63,696 nt of DNA from Candidatus Woesearchaeota archaeon (GCA_018303655.1 JAGVXT010000011.1:1-63696), one strand, 5' to 3'; shown: positions 1-8,876, numbered from the stretch's first letter. Numbers and translations are program-made. The notes: generated from the letters alone by a model not told the origin.

Positions 1-15
1 TGTTTTGCCTCCCAT
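1..15 (-). CDS. 5' fragment of a CDS running off the left edge (MGGKT...)
   Basis: Minus-strand AGGAGG SD (24-29) 8 nt before an ATG at 13-15; frame open to the edge. Confidence 0.45.
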
Positions 16-151
16 GGTTTGTGCCTCCTTCTTCACAAACCACCCATTACTTAGTTACGTTATTGAGGAATTATATAAGAATTGTGCAACACAGCAAAAT
101 AATAACAAAGTTTAAATAATAGTATATGTTAAAAATATTATAAAAAGAGGT

Positions 152-184
152 TAAGCTGCTCGCGAGAACGCGAGTTCGCGTTCA
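152..184. repeat. Palindromic repeat family A, short copy
   Basis: CTGCTCGCGAGAACGCGAGTTCGCGTTCA is the reverse complement (1 mismatch) of 54027-54055; lies between GAGGT and the ATG at 184. Confidence 0.8.
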
Positions 185-456
185 TGCCAATGCCAAACTC
201 AAAGATAAATGTTTTTGAAATTGTTCTTTTGGTGGTTGGGGTGGGTGTAGCAGTTCTTGGATTTCAGCTTATAAATCAAACGTATCAAGATGGAGGTGGC
301 CAGTTAAGTTGGCTAATGATAATCTCAATTTTTAGCTGGCTTACGCTTCTTGTTTTGTTCATCTTGCTTAGCCTTATGGTTGATGTATCAAAAAAAGAAC
401 TAACTGAGATTAAGACAATGATTAGCTTGCTTGCCGAGAAAAAGAATAAGAAGTAG
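184..456 (+). CDS. Small two-TM membrane protein
   Basis: 90-aa ORF with two hydrophobic helices and a basic tail. Confidence 0.7.
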   Translation: MPMPNSKINVFEIVLLVVGVGVAVLGFQLINQTYQDGGGQLSWLMIISIFSWLTLLVLFILLSLMVDVSKKELTEIKTMISLLAEKKNKK

Positions 457-458
457 TG

Positions 459-1157
459 TTATTTAACAATTACAGCAACCAATTCCATCTTCTCTATGTC
501 GCTTAAGTCTATCAATGGCTTTGGGAACTTGCCATAATCATCAAGAATCCTGTTGCATGCCGTGTTGACCCAGCACTGGATAAAGGGAAAGTTTTCAATT
601 TGATTGAAGTCCAGAGTGTCAAATGCGAAAATATAACAGTTTTTGCCTTTTAGCTGCTTTTTCAATTCAGCTGCTTTCCTGAAATTGTTTTGCCCGGGCT
701 TTAGTGAAACGAGAATGCCGATTTCCTCTGCTTCCAAAAATTTCATATATGCGCCTTTTCTTTTTGCATTGTACCTCTTTACCTGCCTGCTGTCTATTTT
801 TGAAATTATAGCATGAATCGGGTCATAGCAAAACACTTCCTTGTCTATGTTTATTGCAATTCCAAGCGGGTGGAAAACACCTGTGCCAACATACAAAAAA
901 GCATCCACTTTGTCTTTTATCTTTTCAGCCCCTCCATGGTCGCAACCCAATAGCTGGCCTTCATATTTCTGCCCCATCTTGTCAATGAAAATTTCTTTGC
1001 CTTTGCTTTCAAGGTAATTTTTTATTTCATCAACATAATCCAGAAATTGAACTGTTGTAGCTAAGCCTATTGTCTTGGGTAATATGCTTGCATCTAAATT
1101 TGACAAATCAATATTGCCAGTATACCTTCCCTCAACCATCATTATTTTCATCGGCAT
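459..1157 (-). CDS. dph2: Diphthamide biosynthesis protein Dph2 (short form)
   Basis: TTVQF, GQLLGC, GTGVFHP, ILVSLKPGQ and WVNTACNRI motifs. Confidence 0.9.
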   Translation of the reverse strand: MPMKIMMVEGRYTGNIDLSNLDASILPKTIGLATTVQFLDYVDEIKNYLESKGKEIFIDKMGQKYEGQLLGCDHGGAEKIKDKVDAFLYVGTGVFHPLGIAINIDKEVFCYDPIHAIISKIDSRQVKRYNAKRKGAYMKFLEAEEIGILVSLKPGQNNFRKAAELKKQLKGKNCYIFAFDTLDFNQIENFPFIQCWVNTACNRILDDYGKFPKPLIDLSDIEKMELVAVIVK

Positions 1158-1215
1158 TTTTGTTAATGAAATTCAATCATTATTCATACCAATACTTAAA
1201 TTATTTTAAATCGAT

Positions 1216-1270
1216 AAACAGAGACCCATGCACATGCACTTCGTGCTTCAATGGGCATGGGTCTTTGTTT
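1216..1270. repeat. Intergenic hairpin in a divergent promoter region
   Basis: AAACAGAGACCCATGC ... GCATGGGTCTTTGTTT with an inner GCAC-TTC-GTGC hairpin. Confidence 0.7.
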
Positions 1271-1344
1271 ATAAAGGTTTTTGGCTTGAATATTCACCAC
1301 ACATTAGTATAAACAAGTTTTTTTAAAGATTAAACCCCAAGACA

Positions 1345-3258
1345 TTGCTAATGGCTGAGCTTAAGAAAGTTCTTGGCTTCTGGACAATTTTGTCTCTTGC
1401 AATTGCGTCAATAATGGGCACTGGGCTGTTTTTTGGCGTTTCAATAGCTGCAAACTTGTCCGGCAACGCATCAATAATGGCATGGATAATTTTAACCGTT
1501 ATCGGAATTTACATCAGCACTTATTTTGCGGAACTTGCTTCTATGTACCCAAAAGCCGGTGGAGTCTATGAGTTCAGCAAAAACACCTATGGGAGGTTCC
1601 CGTCATTCCTGATAGGGTGGCTTGCATGGATAGTCGGAAACCTGACAACAGCGCTTGTCATAGTTGCTGCGATTGACTACCTTATTCCTGATGAGTCAAA
1701 AGTCTTGCTGAAAGTGGTTATAAGCGTTGTTTTCATAATAATACTCAATTTGATTGCATATTTGGGCATAGAAGCCAGCGGAATTCTTGTCACAGTAATA
1801 GCAGCGCTGCTTATCGCAGTCATAGGCGCTCTTGTATTTCCAGGCATCTTCAAAATCAATTTCTCAAATTATTTTCCATTTATGACTTTTGGTGTTTCAT
1901 CAATCTTTGTCAGCATATTCTACATTTCCGAAAGCTTTTTTGGATGGGAATCTGCAACATACCTTGCAGAGGAAACCACAGAGCCTGAAAAAACAATACC
2001 AAAAGCGCTTGTGCTTGGCACGATAGTTGTTGGAGCGCTTGGACTGCTTGTTGCAGTTGTATCGCTTGGAATCATACCATGGCAGGAGCTTGCCAAATCA
2101 CCTATACCCTTAACGCTTGTTTCAGATAAAGTGCTTGGGGGCTTTGGCATGACTGTAATAAGCATAGGCATCTTTATTTCATTAATCGGCTCAGCTGCAG
2201 GTGAGATAATCACAATGCCGCGCCTGCTTCTTGCTCTTGCAAGGGACAAGCTTTTTATTTCACAGTTCAGCGACATCCATCAAAGGTTTAACACACCTTA
2301 CAAAGCAATAATATTCCAGACAATAGTTTCGCTTGCGGTTTTCGGCATGGTCTTTGGAAGATACAAATTATTGCTTACTCTTCTTATCCCGCTTGGCCTT
2401 ATACTTTACCTGTTTGTGATACTTGCTGTGCCGATTTTAAGGTTTAAAGAGCCAAATATCACAAGGCATTTCAAAGTGCCTTTCCCAATAGTTGGCACTG
2501 TTTTGCTTACAGTTTTTATTTTTGCCATAACAATATTCTGGCTTGTATCTGTACCTGATGCGTTTGGATTGCTGCAGCTTGGCATTTCTTTGATATTTGT
2601 AGGCATTCCCATCTATCTTCTGCTTGAGATTTACTACAACCCTGATGCAATCATCAAAATCAATGATTATTTGGCTTATGCCACATTGCTTACTGAAAAA
2701 TTTATTCTTCCAAAAAGCATAAGAATTGAGATACTTGCACTGCTTGGGGATGTGAAAGGCAAAAAGGTCCTTGAGTTTGGCTGCTCTGTAGGAACTTTGA
2801 CAATGCATCTTGCTGAAGATGTAAAGCCAAACGGGAGAGTTTATGCGACTGACCTGTCAAGGAAGGATTTGCTCATAACAAAGAGAAGGCTTATGAAAAG
2901 AGGCCACAAGCATGTAATTGTAATTTATGACGAGCATCAGGTAAACCGAGTTCATCCGTCAATTCCGCATGTTGATGCCATTGTAAGCATTGGAATGATG
3001 GGGTATTTGCAGGACGTAAAAAAAGTGCTTAAAGAAATGCGTGACTTATTGCCTTACGGCGGCAAGATTGTGTTTGTTGACTATGCTGATTTCTTCAAGA
3101 TGATTCCAAATGTTGCATGGCTCTCCAATGATAAGGTGATAGAAAAGATGTTCAGGGATGCCGGATTTTCTGTGTTTGTGACAAGAAAAAGGGGATTGTT
3201 CTGGAATTACGTTTATGTTTACGGGATTAAATTCCATGAGAATATTCCGTATGTGTGA
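1345..3258 (+). CDS. APC-family amino acid permease fused to a C-terminal class I SAM-dependent methyltransferase domain
   Basis: SIMGTGLF, AELASMYPKAGGVY, GWESATYLAEE, about 12 TMs, then VLEFGCSVG motif I. Confidence 0.9.
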   Translation: MLMAELKKVLGFWTILSLAIASIMGTGLFFGVSIAANLSGNASIMAWIILTVIGIYISTYFAELASMYPKAGGVYEFSKNTYGRFPSFLIGWLAWIVGNLTTALVIVAAIDYLIPDESKVLLKVVISVVFIIILNLIAYLGIEASGILVTVIAALLIAVIGALVFPGIFKINFSNYFPFMTFGVSSIFVSIFYISESFFGWESATYLAEETTEPEKTIPKALVLGTIVVGALGLLVAVVSLGIIPWQELAKSPIPLTLVSDKVLGGFGMTVISIGIFISLIGSAAGEIITMPRLLLALARDKLFISQFSDIHQRFNTPYKAIIFQTIVSLAVFGMVFGRYKLLLTLLIPLGLILYLFVILAVPILRFKEPNITRHFKVPFPIVGTVLLTVFIFAITIFWLVSVPDAFGLLQLGISLIFVGIPIYLLLEIYYNPDAIIKINDYLAYATLLTEKFILPKSIRIEILALLGDVKGKKVLEFGCSVGTLTMHLAEDVKPNGRVYATDLSRKDLLITKRRLMKRGHKHVIVIYDEHQVNRVHPSIPHVDAIVSIGMMGYLQDVKKVLKEMRDLLPYGGKIVFVDYADFFKMIPNVAWLSNDKVIEKMFRDAGFSVFVTRKRGLFWNYVYVYGIKFHENIPYV

Positions 3259-3288
3259 TTGGTAGCAACTTAAATCTTTCACTTTTAA

Positions 3289-3335
3289 CTGTAGAGAATT
3301 TTGACAATTATATGGATTTTTAAAATTCTCTATAG
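3289..3335. repeat. Palindrome family C copy (possible terminator)
   Basis: TAGAGAATTTTGACAA...AAAATTCTCTA, repeated at 8836-8876. Confidence 0.75.
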
Positions 3336-3359
3336 AATTCAATTAGAAAAAGAGATTCC

Positions 3360-3689
3360 TCACTTTGAACTTTTTGCTTGTGTTGTCTGCTGTTGTAAAC
3401 ATGCAATATCAACAAAATTAAAAGTCTGATTTCCAATAAACAAATTTACTGGCTGACAATTTCTAGACTGCTGAACAATAGAAACAACAGAAGCAGTAAT
3501 CCCAGCCTGGTAGCCTTTTTGTTGAGAATTTGTGATTAGTTTATTTAATAAAGAATTGACGCCGATTCCAATGATTATTAAAGAAAGGATGATTATTATT
3601 GAATAAAGGATTTTTGTGTTTATCATAATTTCGCTAAGAATGATGGGATTTATACGAACATTTAAATATTTTTTGTTGACTGGCATCAA
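3360..3689 (-). CDS. Small single-TM hypothetical protein (probable start at MINTKIL)
   Basis: N-terminal TM helix and a Cys pair. Confidence 0.6.
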   Translation of the reverse strand: MMPVNKKYLNVRINPIILSEIMINTKILYSIIIILSLIIIGIGVNSLLNKLITNSQQKGYQAGITASVVSIVQQSRNCQPVNLFIGNQTFNFVDIACLQQQTTQAKSSK

Positions 3690-3717
3690 GTTCCATGAAG
3701 ATATTCCGTATGTTTGA
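3682..3717 (+). pseudogene. Orphan duplicate of the last 12 codons of the permease-methyltransferase gene
   Basis: Encodes GIKFHEDIPYV* versus GIKFHENIPYV* at 3223-3258. Confidence 0.8.
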
Positions 3718-3748
3718 GATAAATGAGTAAGCCTTTGTTTCTAAAGCA

Positions 3749-4117
3749 TCAACTCTTTGCTCTTTCTCCTGTTTTTTTGACAGTATAGTCAAATAACGGC
3801 ATTCCTGCTACATAATCAAGATATGAAGAATCATTTGTTATGTTTTCTTTTAATGAAATGTCTGATGAGCAACTCCGAGTTAATCTAGTTTTTGATGGCT
3901 GGGCTTCACATAATCCTGAAGAATCCCCTAATAATAAAACATCATCAATGCTTGTAGTATTTTCAATTTCTTTCTGCAGTTTGGCAAATTCGCTTTCCGA
4001 AAGGTTTAAGATCAAGTTGAATTTAAGACGGAAGACGAGCTGGTTTTTAAGAGCGGTTTTTACGTTAAACTGGTTCTGAGTTCCTGCACTCTCTAATGAT
4101 AAGGGGAATCCCCACAT
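3749..4117 (-). CDS. Hypothetical protein, possibly a gene fragment
   Basis: 122-aa ORF; weak resemblance to the sigma-54 N-terminal region. Confidence 0.4.
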   Translation of the reverse strand: MWGFPLSLESAGTQNQFNVKTALKNQLVFRLKFNLILNLSESEFAKLQKEIENTTSIDDVLLLGDSSGLCEAQPSKTRLTRSCSSDISLKENITNDSSYLDYVAGMPLFDYTVKKTGERAKS

Positions 4118-4197
4118 TTGTCAAGGGAGTGTTATGCAGTGAATCAAATCAAGGATACTACATAACTGCCGACTGCCGCCAACAGCTCCCAACTGTT

Positions 4198-5844
4198 TTA
4201 TCTAACATATAATGTGCCCGATTGACCCCAGCTCGTACCCGCCGTGTCGCAGCCGTTTAATGAGGGGTGCCCATAGATCAACCGGTCAGCTGGGGTTGCT
4301 GTTCCATCGGCTAGGGCCTTGATACTCCCCTGTGAGATTTGTGCCGTACCATAACCGACTGGAGGATAGGTGTACGCCTCAGCCGTACAGGCGCCACTGG
4401 CGTCCGTTGTCGCGGCGAAAGTACAACTGGTTTGGAAATACCCTATGACCGATGCGCAGGTCAAGCGATAGGCCGGACTTGCTCCGAGCTTGATCTGGTT
4501 GATCGTCGTGTCGGAATACTTCCCCTTCCCGGTCGGGCTCGTTAGGCTTCCGGAAGTTACGGCGGCCGTATTGACGTGATTCGCATTGGCTTCAATGCCA
4601 ACAACCAAAGTCCAGCCTCCATCCTGGTTGATCATATCGCAGTATGCTTGGAACGCATTATTCGTGTTCCCGTCGTTATCGGGGTCAATCCAATATATGC
4701 CGCTGCCGGTTGAAAGACCATCGTCCAAAATCTTCTTACAAGTTCTGCCTGCGTCTGTTTGGCTTGTTCCCCCCTCGCCCCCAGCGATCTTGGTCCATGT
4801 CGTACCGGTGCATCCCTGAAAGGCCGTCCCTGTCCAACGAATCGTGCCCGCTTTCGACGCGTCGCATGCGCTCATATCGTTCGCTACCTTAACCCCGCCG
4901 CTGACATCCAGCTTGGCCGCGGGGCTCGCCGTCCCGATGCCGACGTTGCCTACCTTTCCGGATTCCCGAGAAATGGTCATAGCAAGAGTCCTTGCACCAG
5001 CAACTACAGAATAAATATTTAATTCGCCTCGCAATTTTTGCTCGTGGTCAAAATCAAAACCATAATCAAGCGCAGTCGCTGACTTTATATTCAAAAATGG
5101 TTTTACAGTTGTATCGTTGGAAATAATGTTAACTGTCCCAGCAGTTCCAGAAGGAGCGAAGTTCGGTCCAACATTTATGTTACCTACAACTTGTAATTTA
5201 TTATTTGGAGATGTCGTCCCGATGCCGACGTTGCCTACTGTTGTTATTCTCACTTTTTCCGCCCCGCTTGTCCAAAAAGTAAGCGGAACATAAGAACCTG
5301 CACCAACATAATCAGCTCTAACCTGCGCAACCGATGAACCGTAATTAAGATAAACTCCATTTGTTGCACTTCCAAATATCGACTCACCATTAACATGTAA
5401 TTTGAGCAATGGCCCCGCCGTCCCGATGCCGACATTACCGCTAGCATCAATTATGAGCCTACTTATACCAGCTGTTTTATCGTATATTGAGAATTTTCCA
5501 ACGCCAATGCCGCCTGCAGAGCCTGCTGATACCAATGCATACTCTTTTCCACCACCTTCTGTGTTTTTTAGGCTTAAAAAAACCTCATTATTATTTTGCA
5601 GTTCGGTATTGCTTCCTCCCACTGACACATCACCTGCGTGTACAAGAACAGGCATGATTAAGATTAGGGCTACCGCTAGGCTAATCCTTAAAATTGAGGC
5701 AAAGAAGCTTGAAATGGATTTTTCAGTCAGTTGTGAGCGAGTTCGCAGTGAGTTGCGAGAGCTCTCCTCTCGCTCGCTCATTTCCCAGCTCACTCGCATT
5801 CGACTATTCTTTTCTTTTTTGTTTGTTATATTTGTTTTTTCCAT
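4198..5844 (-). CDS. Secreted adhesin-like protein with GNVGIGT repeats and a C-terminal fibrinogen-like domain
   Basis: Signal/TM segment ending VHA; three GNVGIGT units; RTCKKIL..GSGIYWIDPD..FQAYCDM..DGGWTLV fibrinogen C-domain signature. Confidence 0.8.
   Translation of the reverse strand: MEKTNITNKKEKNSRMRVSWEMSEREESSRNSLRTRSQLTEKSISSFFASILRISLAVALILIMPVLVHAGDVSVGGSNTELQNNNEVFLSLKNTEGGGKEYALVSAGSAGGIGVGKFSIYDKTAGISRLIIDASGNVGIGTAGPLLKLHVNGESIFGSATNGVYLNYGSSVAQVRADYVGAGSYVPLTFWTSGAEKVRITTVGNVGIGTTSPNNKLQVVGNINVGPNFAPSGTAGTVNIISNDTTVKPFLNIKSATALDYGFDFDHEQKLRGELNIYSVVAGARTLAMTISRESGKVGNVGIGTASPAAKLDVSGGVKVANDMSACDASKAGTIRWTGTAFQGCTGTTWTKIAGGEGGTSQTDAGRTCKKILDDGLSTGSGIYWIDPDNDGNTNNAFQAYCDMINQDGGWTLVVGIEANANHVNTAAVTSGSLTSPTGKGKYSDTTINQIKLGASPAYRLTCASVIGYFQTSCTFAATTDASGACTAEAYTYPPVGYGTAQISQGSIKALADGTATPADRLIYGHPSLNGCDTAGTSWGQSGTLYVR
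5725..5805. repeat. Palindromic repeat family A copy inserted in frame in the adhesin N-terminus
   Basis: 81 nt (27 codons), AGTCAGTTGTGAGCGAGTTCGC ... GCTCACTCGCATTCGACT; same ends as 7147-7312. Confidence 0.85.
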
Positions 5845-5855
5845 TTTTCTTCACC

Positions 5856-6629
5856 TCAAGGATTCCCATTTTGTGTTAAAATGCCTTTTAAAAGAAAGTT
5901 GCCAGACTCGTCTATGTAGCTGATTACATTTCCGTTGAGATCTTTTACAATAAAATCGCTGCTTGATGGCGAAGGGCTTAATGCCGGTTGATTTTGAGAT
6001 AATGTCCCTTTTATTGCCATATCACCTGTGATTAAATTTAATATTGCAGCAGTATTTCCGCTGCTGTCCCTGAAAATGAACTCGTCGTCAGTTGAAGGCA
6101 CGGGATTAGGATTTTGCTGGAGCGCACCTCTCAAAACAACATTTCCATCGCTGTCAAAACTGATAACATTGAAAAGGTTGTTTTTCATCAGCAGCATAAG
6201 GAGGGACTGTGATATTTGTATCGGGGTGCTATTCACAAAAATCACGCCATTGTTTTTAAAAATTTGATTGACGCCTCGCGTGATGTTTCCTATCACATTT
6301 GCCGGAAGAAATTTGACATATTCGTGCTCTAAATAATTCACCACAAGCTCCCTATTGTCAATTATGCTTATGCTATAATCGACTCCATTGACTGTCTGTG
6401 GCATTATAAATGTCCTTGTGTAGCCGTCGTTGACGGATTTTGCCATTTCTATTTCCTGATAGGCGAATTCAGCAATATCCTGTGAAATCTGCCTGTTTGA
6501 CTCTTCCTTTGATTCCAGGATCTTTGAGCTTGCGACTGCAAAAAAGCCGACTATGACTAAAAGCATAAAGGATGCCAGAACAATGAATTCAATAGCCGAT
6601 TGTGATTTTTGATGCATGAGTGGAAGCAA
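5856..6629 (-). CDS. Type IV pilin-like protein with a C-terminal triple beta repeat
   Basis: KSQSAIEF class III signal then a hydrophobic helix; three G(N/D)xxL(K/R)GxLxQN-like repeats. Confidence 0.8.
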   Translation of the reverse strand: MLPLMHQKSQSAIEFIVLASFMLLVIVGFFAVASSKILESKEESNRQISQDIAEFAYQEIEMAKSVNDGYTRTFIMPQTVNGVDYSISIIDNRELVVNYLEHEYVKFLPANVIGNITRGVNQIFKNNGVIFVNSTPIQISQSLLMLLMKNNLFNVISFDSDGNVVLRGALQQNPNPVPSTDDEFIFRDSSGNTAAILNLITGDMAIKGTLSQNQPALSPSPSSSDFIVKDLNGNVISYIDESGNFLLKGILTQNGNP

Positions 6630-6740
6630 TTCTTTAATCGAAATCTGATGCCTTCTTGTTTTCTTAGGTTCAAGAACATAAATACAAGCACAACAAGCAA
6701 AAACAGCCTCTTTTTTTGAAAATCATTTTATTTATTTGTT

Positions 6741-7106
6741 TTATTCCCTGCAGGGAATTCCATCACCATTCAATTTATCAGAGCCTTTTGAAAGGATTAT
6801 ATCTCCATTCCAGTCCTCAATGTAAACGCAAAAATCATTTTTTGCATTGACGGAATCTTTAAAATCATCATAGTCCATTGTTTGGATTTCTCTCATCTTG
6901 TTTTCATCTATAACGCCATTGTTTGCAAAGCTTACATCATGGTCATCAAGTATCAAAGCTGTTATTTTTTCAGCTTCCATATAGTCTATGCTTGCTTTAT
7001 CATAAATGACTACAATCATGGCTATAATGGCGACGATAAAAACAAGCGTTATTTCATCTATTTTAAAATTTGATTCTGTTTTTCGGTTTTTTTGATGCTG
7101 CTTCAT
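6741..7106 (-). CDS. Pilin-associated protein, paralog of 16957-17373
   Basis: N-terminal TM; DFCVYIEDWNG and GIPC match DFCIYFEDDKG and GTPC. Confidence 0.7.
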   Translation of the reverse strand: MKQHQKNRKTESNFKIDEITLVFIVAIIAMIVVIYDKASIDYMEAEKITALILDDHDVSFANNGVIDENKMREIQTMDYDDFKDSVNAKNDFCVYIEDWNGDIILSKGSDKLNGDGIPCRE

Positions 7107-7146
7107 TTTTAATTGAATTTTTCGAATTATTTTTCATTAAATTTTT

Positions 7147-7312
7147 AGTCAGCTGTGAGCGAGTTCGCGTAGCTAAGCGAGCGAAAGAGTTGTTTGCGAG
7201 CACGAGTTGAACGCGAGCTTGCTCGTAAGATAAGCGAGCGAAAGCAAGCTTTCGCATTCCACTCTCGCAAGCATCTGAGCTTTCGCATTCCACCGCTCAC
7301 TCGCATTCGACT
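7147..7312. repeat. Palindromic repeat family A, long compound copy
   Basis: Same termini as 5725-5805 with internal hairpins such as GCGAAAGCAAGCTTTCGC. Confidence 0.85.
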
Positions 7313-7343
7313 GTGTTTTTTACCATTGAGTATTAATTAAATT

Positions 7344-7421
7344 TCAACCGCATGCTGCAACAACAAGCTTTACAGGCTTGCCGCTGTAAACAACAATCCT
7401 TGTTGCTTTAACCGGTGTGCC
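7344..7421 (-). pseudogene. Orphan duplicate of the 3' end of the Cys-rich surface protein gene
   Basis: Encodes GTPVKATRIVVYSGKPVKLVVAACG* versus GTLVKVTRIVFYNGKPVKLVVAACG* at 17997-18074. Confidence 0.85.
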
Positions 7422-7496
7422 ATGTTAATATTCCATCTTTTTGCCCTTTATAAACTTTTCAGTTTTTTAATATATTAAAGTGGTGAATAAGCAGCA

Positions 7497-7967
7497 TTAG
7501 ATAGTTTCTATTTTAACAGAGATCTGGTCTATAACTTCCAATTTAACTTTCTTAAGCCCGGAGCCTGCAAGCCCGGGAATTGCGCATACGTTGGCTATGC
7601 AGTTTCCGTTTGCTGTAAGGTTTACAAATGAGAAAAACACAATCTCTGAAACTCCAAAGCTTGTTGTTACGTTAAAGACAAGCTCTCTTCCATCAATTAT
7701 CTGGGCAGTGTCCACATTGTCAGGCATATTCAATTCTAACACTGTTTTTGAGCCCTGGCCCGAATAAAAAATTGATTCTGCTGTATCAACTATGGTCCTT
7801 CCAAGCCTTGTCACCTGCGCATCCGTTATCTCATATCCGGATTCCTTAGAATAGCTGTAGAATAAGTATGTTGCTGGCAGAATTACGATAAAGGTTATGG
7901 CTACAACTAGCAAATATTCCAAAGACGATTGGCCTGAAGTTCCATTAACTTGATATGACTCTTCCAT
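7497..7967 (-). CDS. Type IV pilin-like protein
   Basis: GQSSLEYLLVV class III signal. Confidence 0.85.
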   Translation of the reverse strand: MEESYQVNGTSGQSSLEYLLVVAITFIVILPATYLFYSYSKESGYEITDAQVTRLGRTIVDTAESIFYSGQGSKTVLELNMPDNVDTAQIIDGRELVFNVTTSFGVSEIVFFSFVNLTANGNCIANVCAIPGLAGSGLKKVKLEVIDQISVKIETI

Positions 7968-8415
7968 TTATCTTGCCGTTTATCAAATGAGTTTGCTGGC
8001 TTGGCGTGTTGACAGCATAGTAGCTTATGGCTACCCTCGCATCGACCCTTTCTCCTTGAATGTAAGCGCCGCCGGTGCATGAGGTAAATGTTATATCCTT
8101 GTCTGTTGAGCTCGCCCAGTCAAAAGCCGCTGGAGGGGTGCATGAAATCGGGGGATTGGCGTCATTTGTTATCTGAAGCGATGTAACTCGTATATCTTCC
8201 CCGAGGTTATTAGCCAAGTTTATCTTTACTTCGCTAGGGCTTAAGCTGAAATCAAGGCATTTAAACTGTGAAGGGAATACACATTTTTGGGGAAGGTAGT
8301 TGCTGAAATCAAAAATTCCGAAATAGTATAAAGCACCGATGGCTATGGCAACAACAACAAAAGCCCATGCATAAGTGGCAAGAAATTCCAAAGCAACTTG
8401 AGATTTTGTATGCAT
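7945..8415 (-). CDS. Type IV pilin-like protein
   Basis: KSQVALEFLATYAWA signal; paralog of 8926-9627. Confidence 0.85.
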   Translation of the reverse strand: MHTKSQVALEFLATYAWAFVVVAIAIGALYYFGIFDFSNYLPQKCVFPSQFKCLDFSLSPSEVKINLANNLGEDIRVTSLQITNDANPPISCTPPAAFDWASSTDKDITFTSCTGGAYIQGERVDARVAISYYAVNTPSQQTHLINGKINGRVISS

Positions 8416-8555
8416 TTTTCCTCTTTTTAGTCTGGAACTAAGGAAGAGTGTATATAAAATTTATGTTTTTTTTTAAAATAAGATTGCCAATTGTCCAATT
8501 AAATTCAAAAATAATTAAATTCAAAAAACGAGAACGACCTCTTTATGTAGAAGTA

Positions 8556-8715
8556 ATCGAGGTATCAAAAACCATAGGTTTTTGGGACTTTGGAGAATTT
8601 AGGATATTCTCCAATTTGCGATGTAGTCGCAATTTCCGAAAACATCGAGAATCAAAGATTCTCGGGATTTCCAAAAATCACTTTGTGATTGTTGGTAATG
8701 CTATGCATTTTCGAT
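8556..8715. repeat. Compound multi-hairpin palindromic element (family B)
   Basis: Tandem hairpins CAAAAACCATAGGTTTTTG, TTGGAGAA..TTCTCCAA, TTGCGATGTAGTCGCAA, CGAGAATCAAAGATTCTCG, AATCACTTTGTGATT, bounded by ATCGA/TCGAT. Confidence 0.8.
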
Positions 8716-8835
8716 AGTAACCCGTTTGGGAAAGTTGAACTTTAGTAGGGTGGCACCCATTATTGCTATGCTGCACATGGGTCTCCGGTTTTTTATAAAA
8801 ATAAGAAAGTATAATTGAGTCTGCAATAATTTTTA

Positions 8836-8876
8836 TAGAGAATTTTGACAAAATTTATGTATTTCAAAATTCTCTA
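8836..8876. repeat. Palindrome family C copy
   Basis: Near-identical arms to 3292-3332. Confidence 0.75.

Noticed and set aside
4130-4166. GTTATGCAGT...ACTACATAAC inverted repeat as an integron attC site
   Set aside because: The core boxes are in the wrong order (GTT before AAC), there is a single copy and no integrase
7063-7293. 76-aa ORF, and similar ORFs at 8448-8717 and 53879-54232
   Set aside because: They are translations of the palindromic repeat elements
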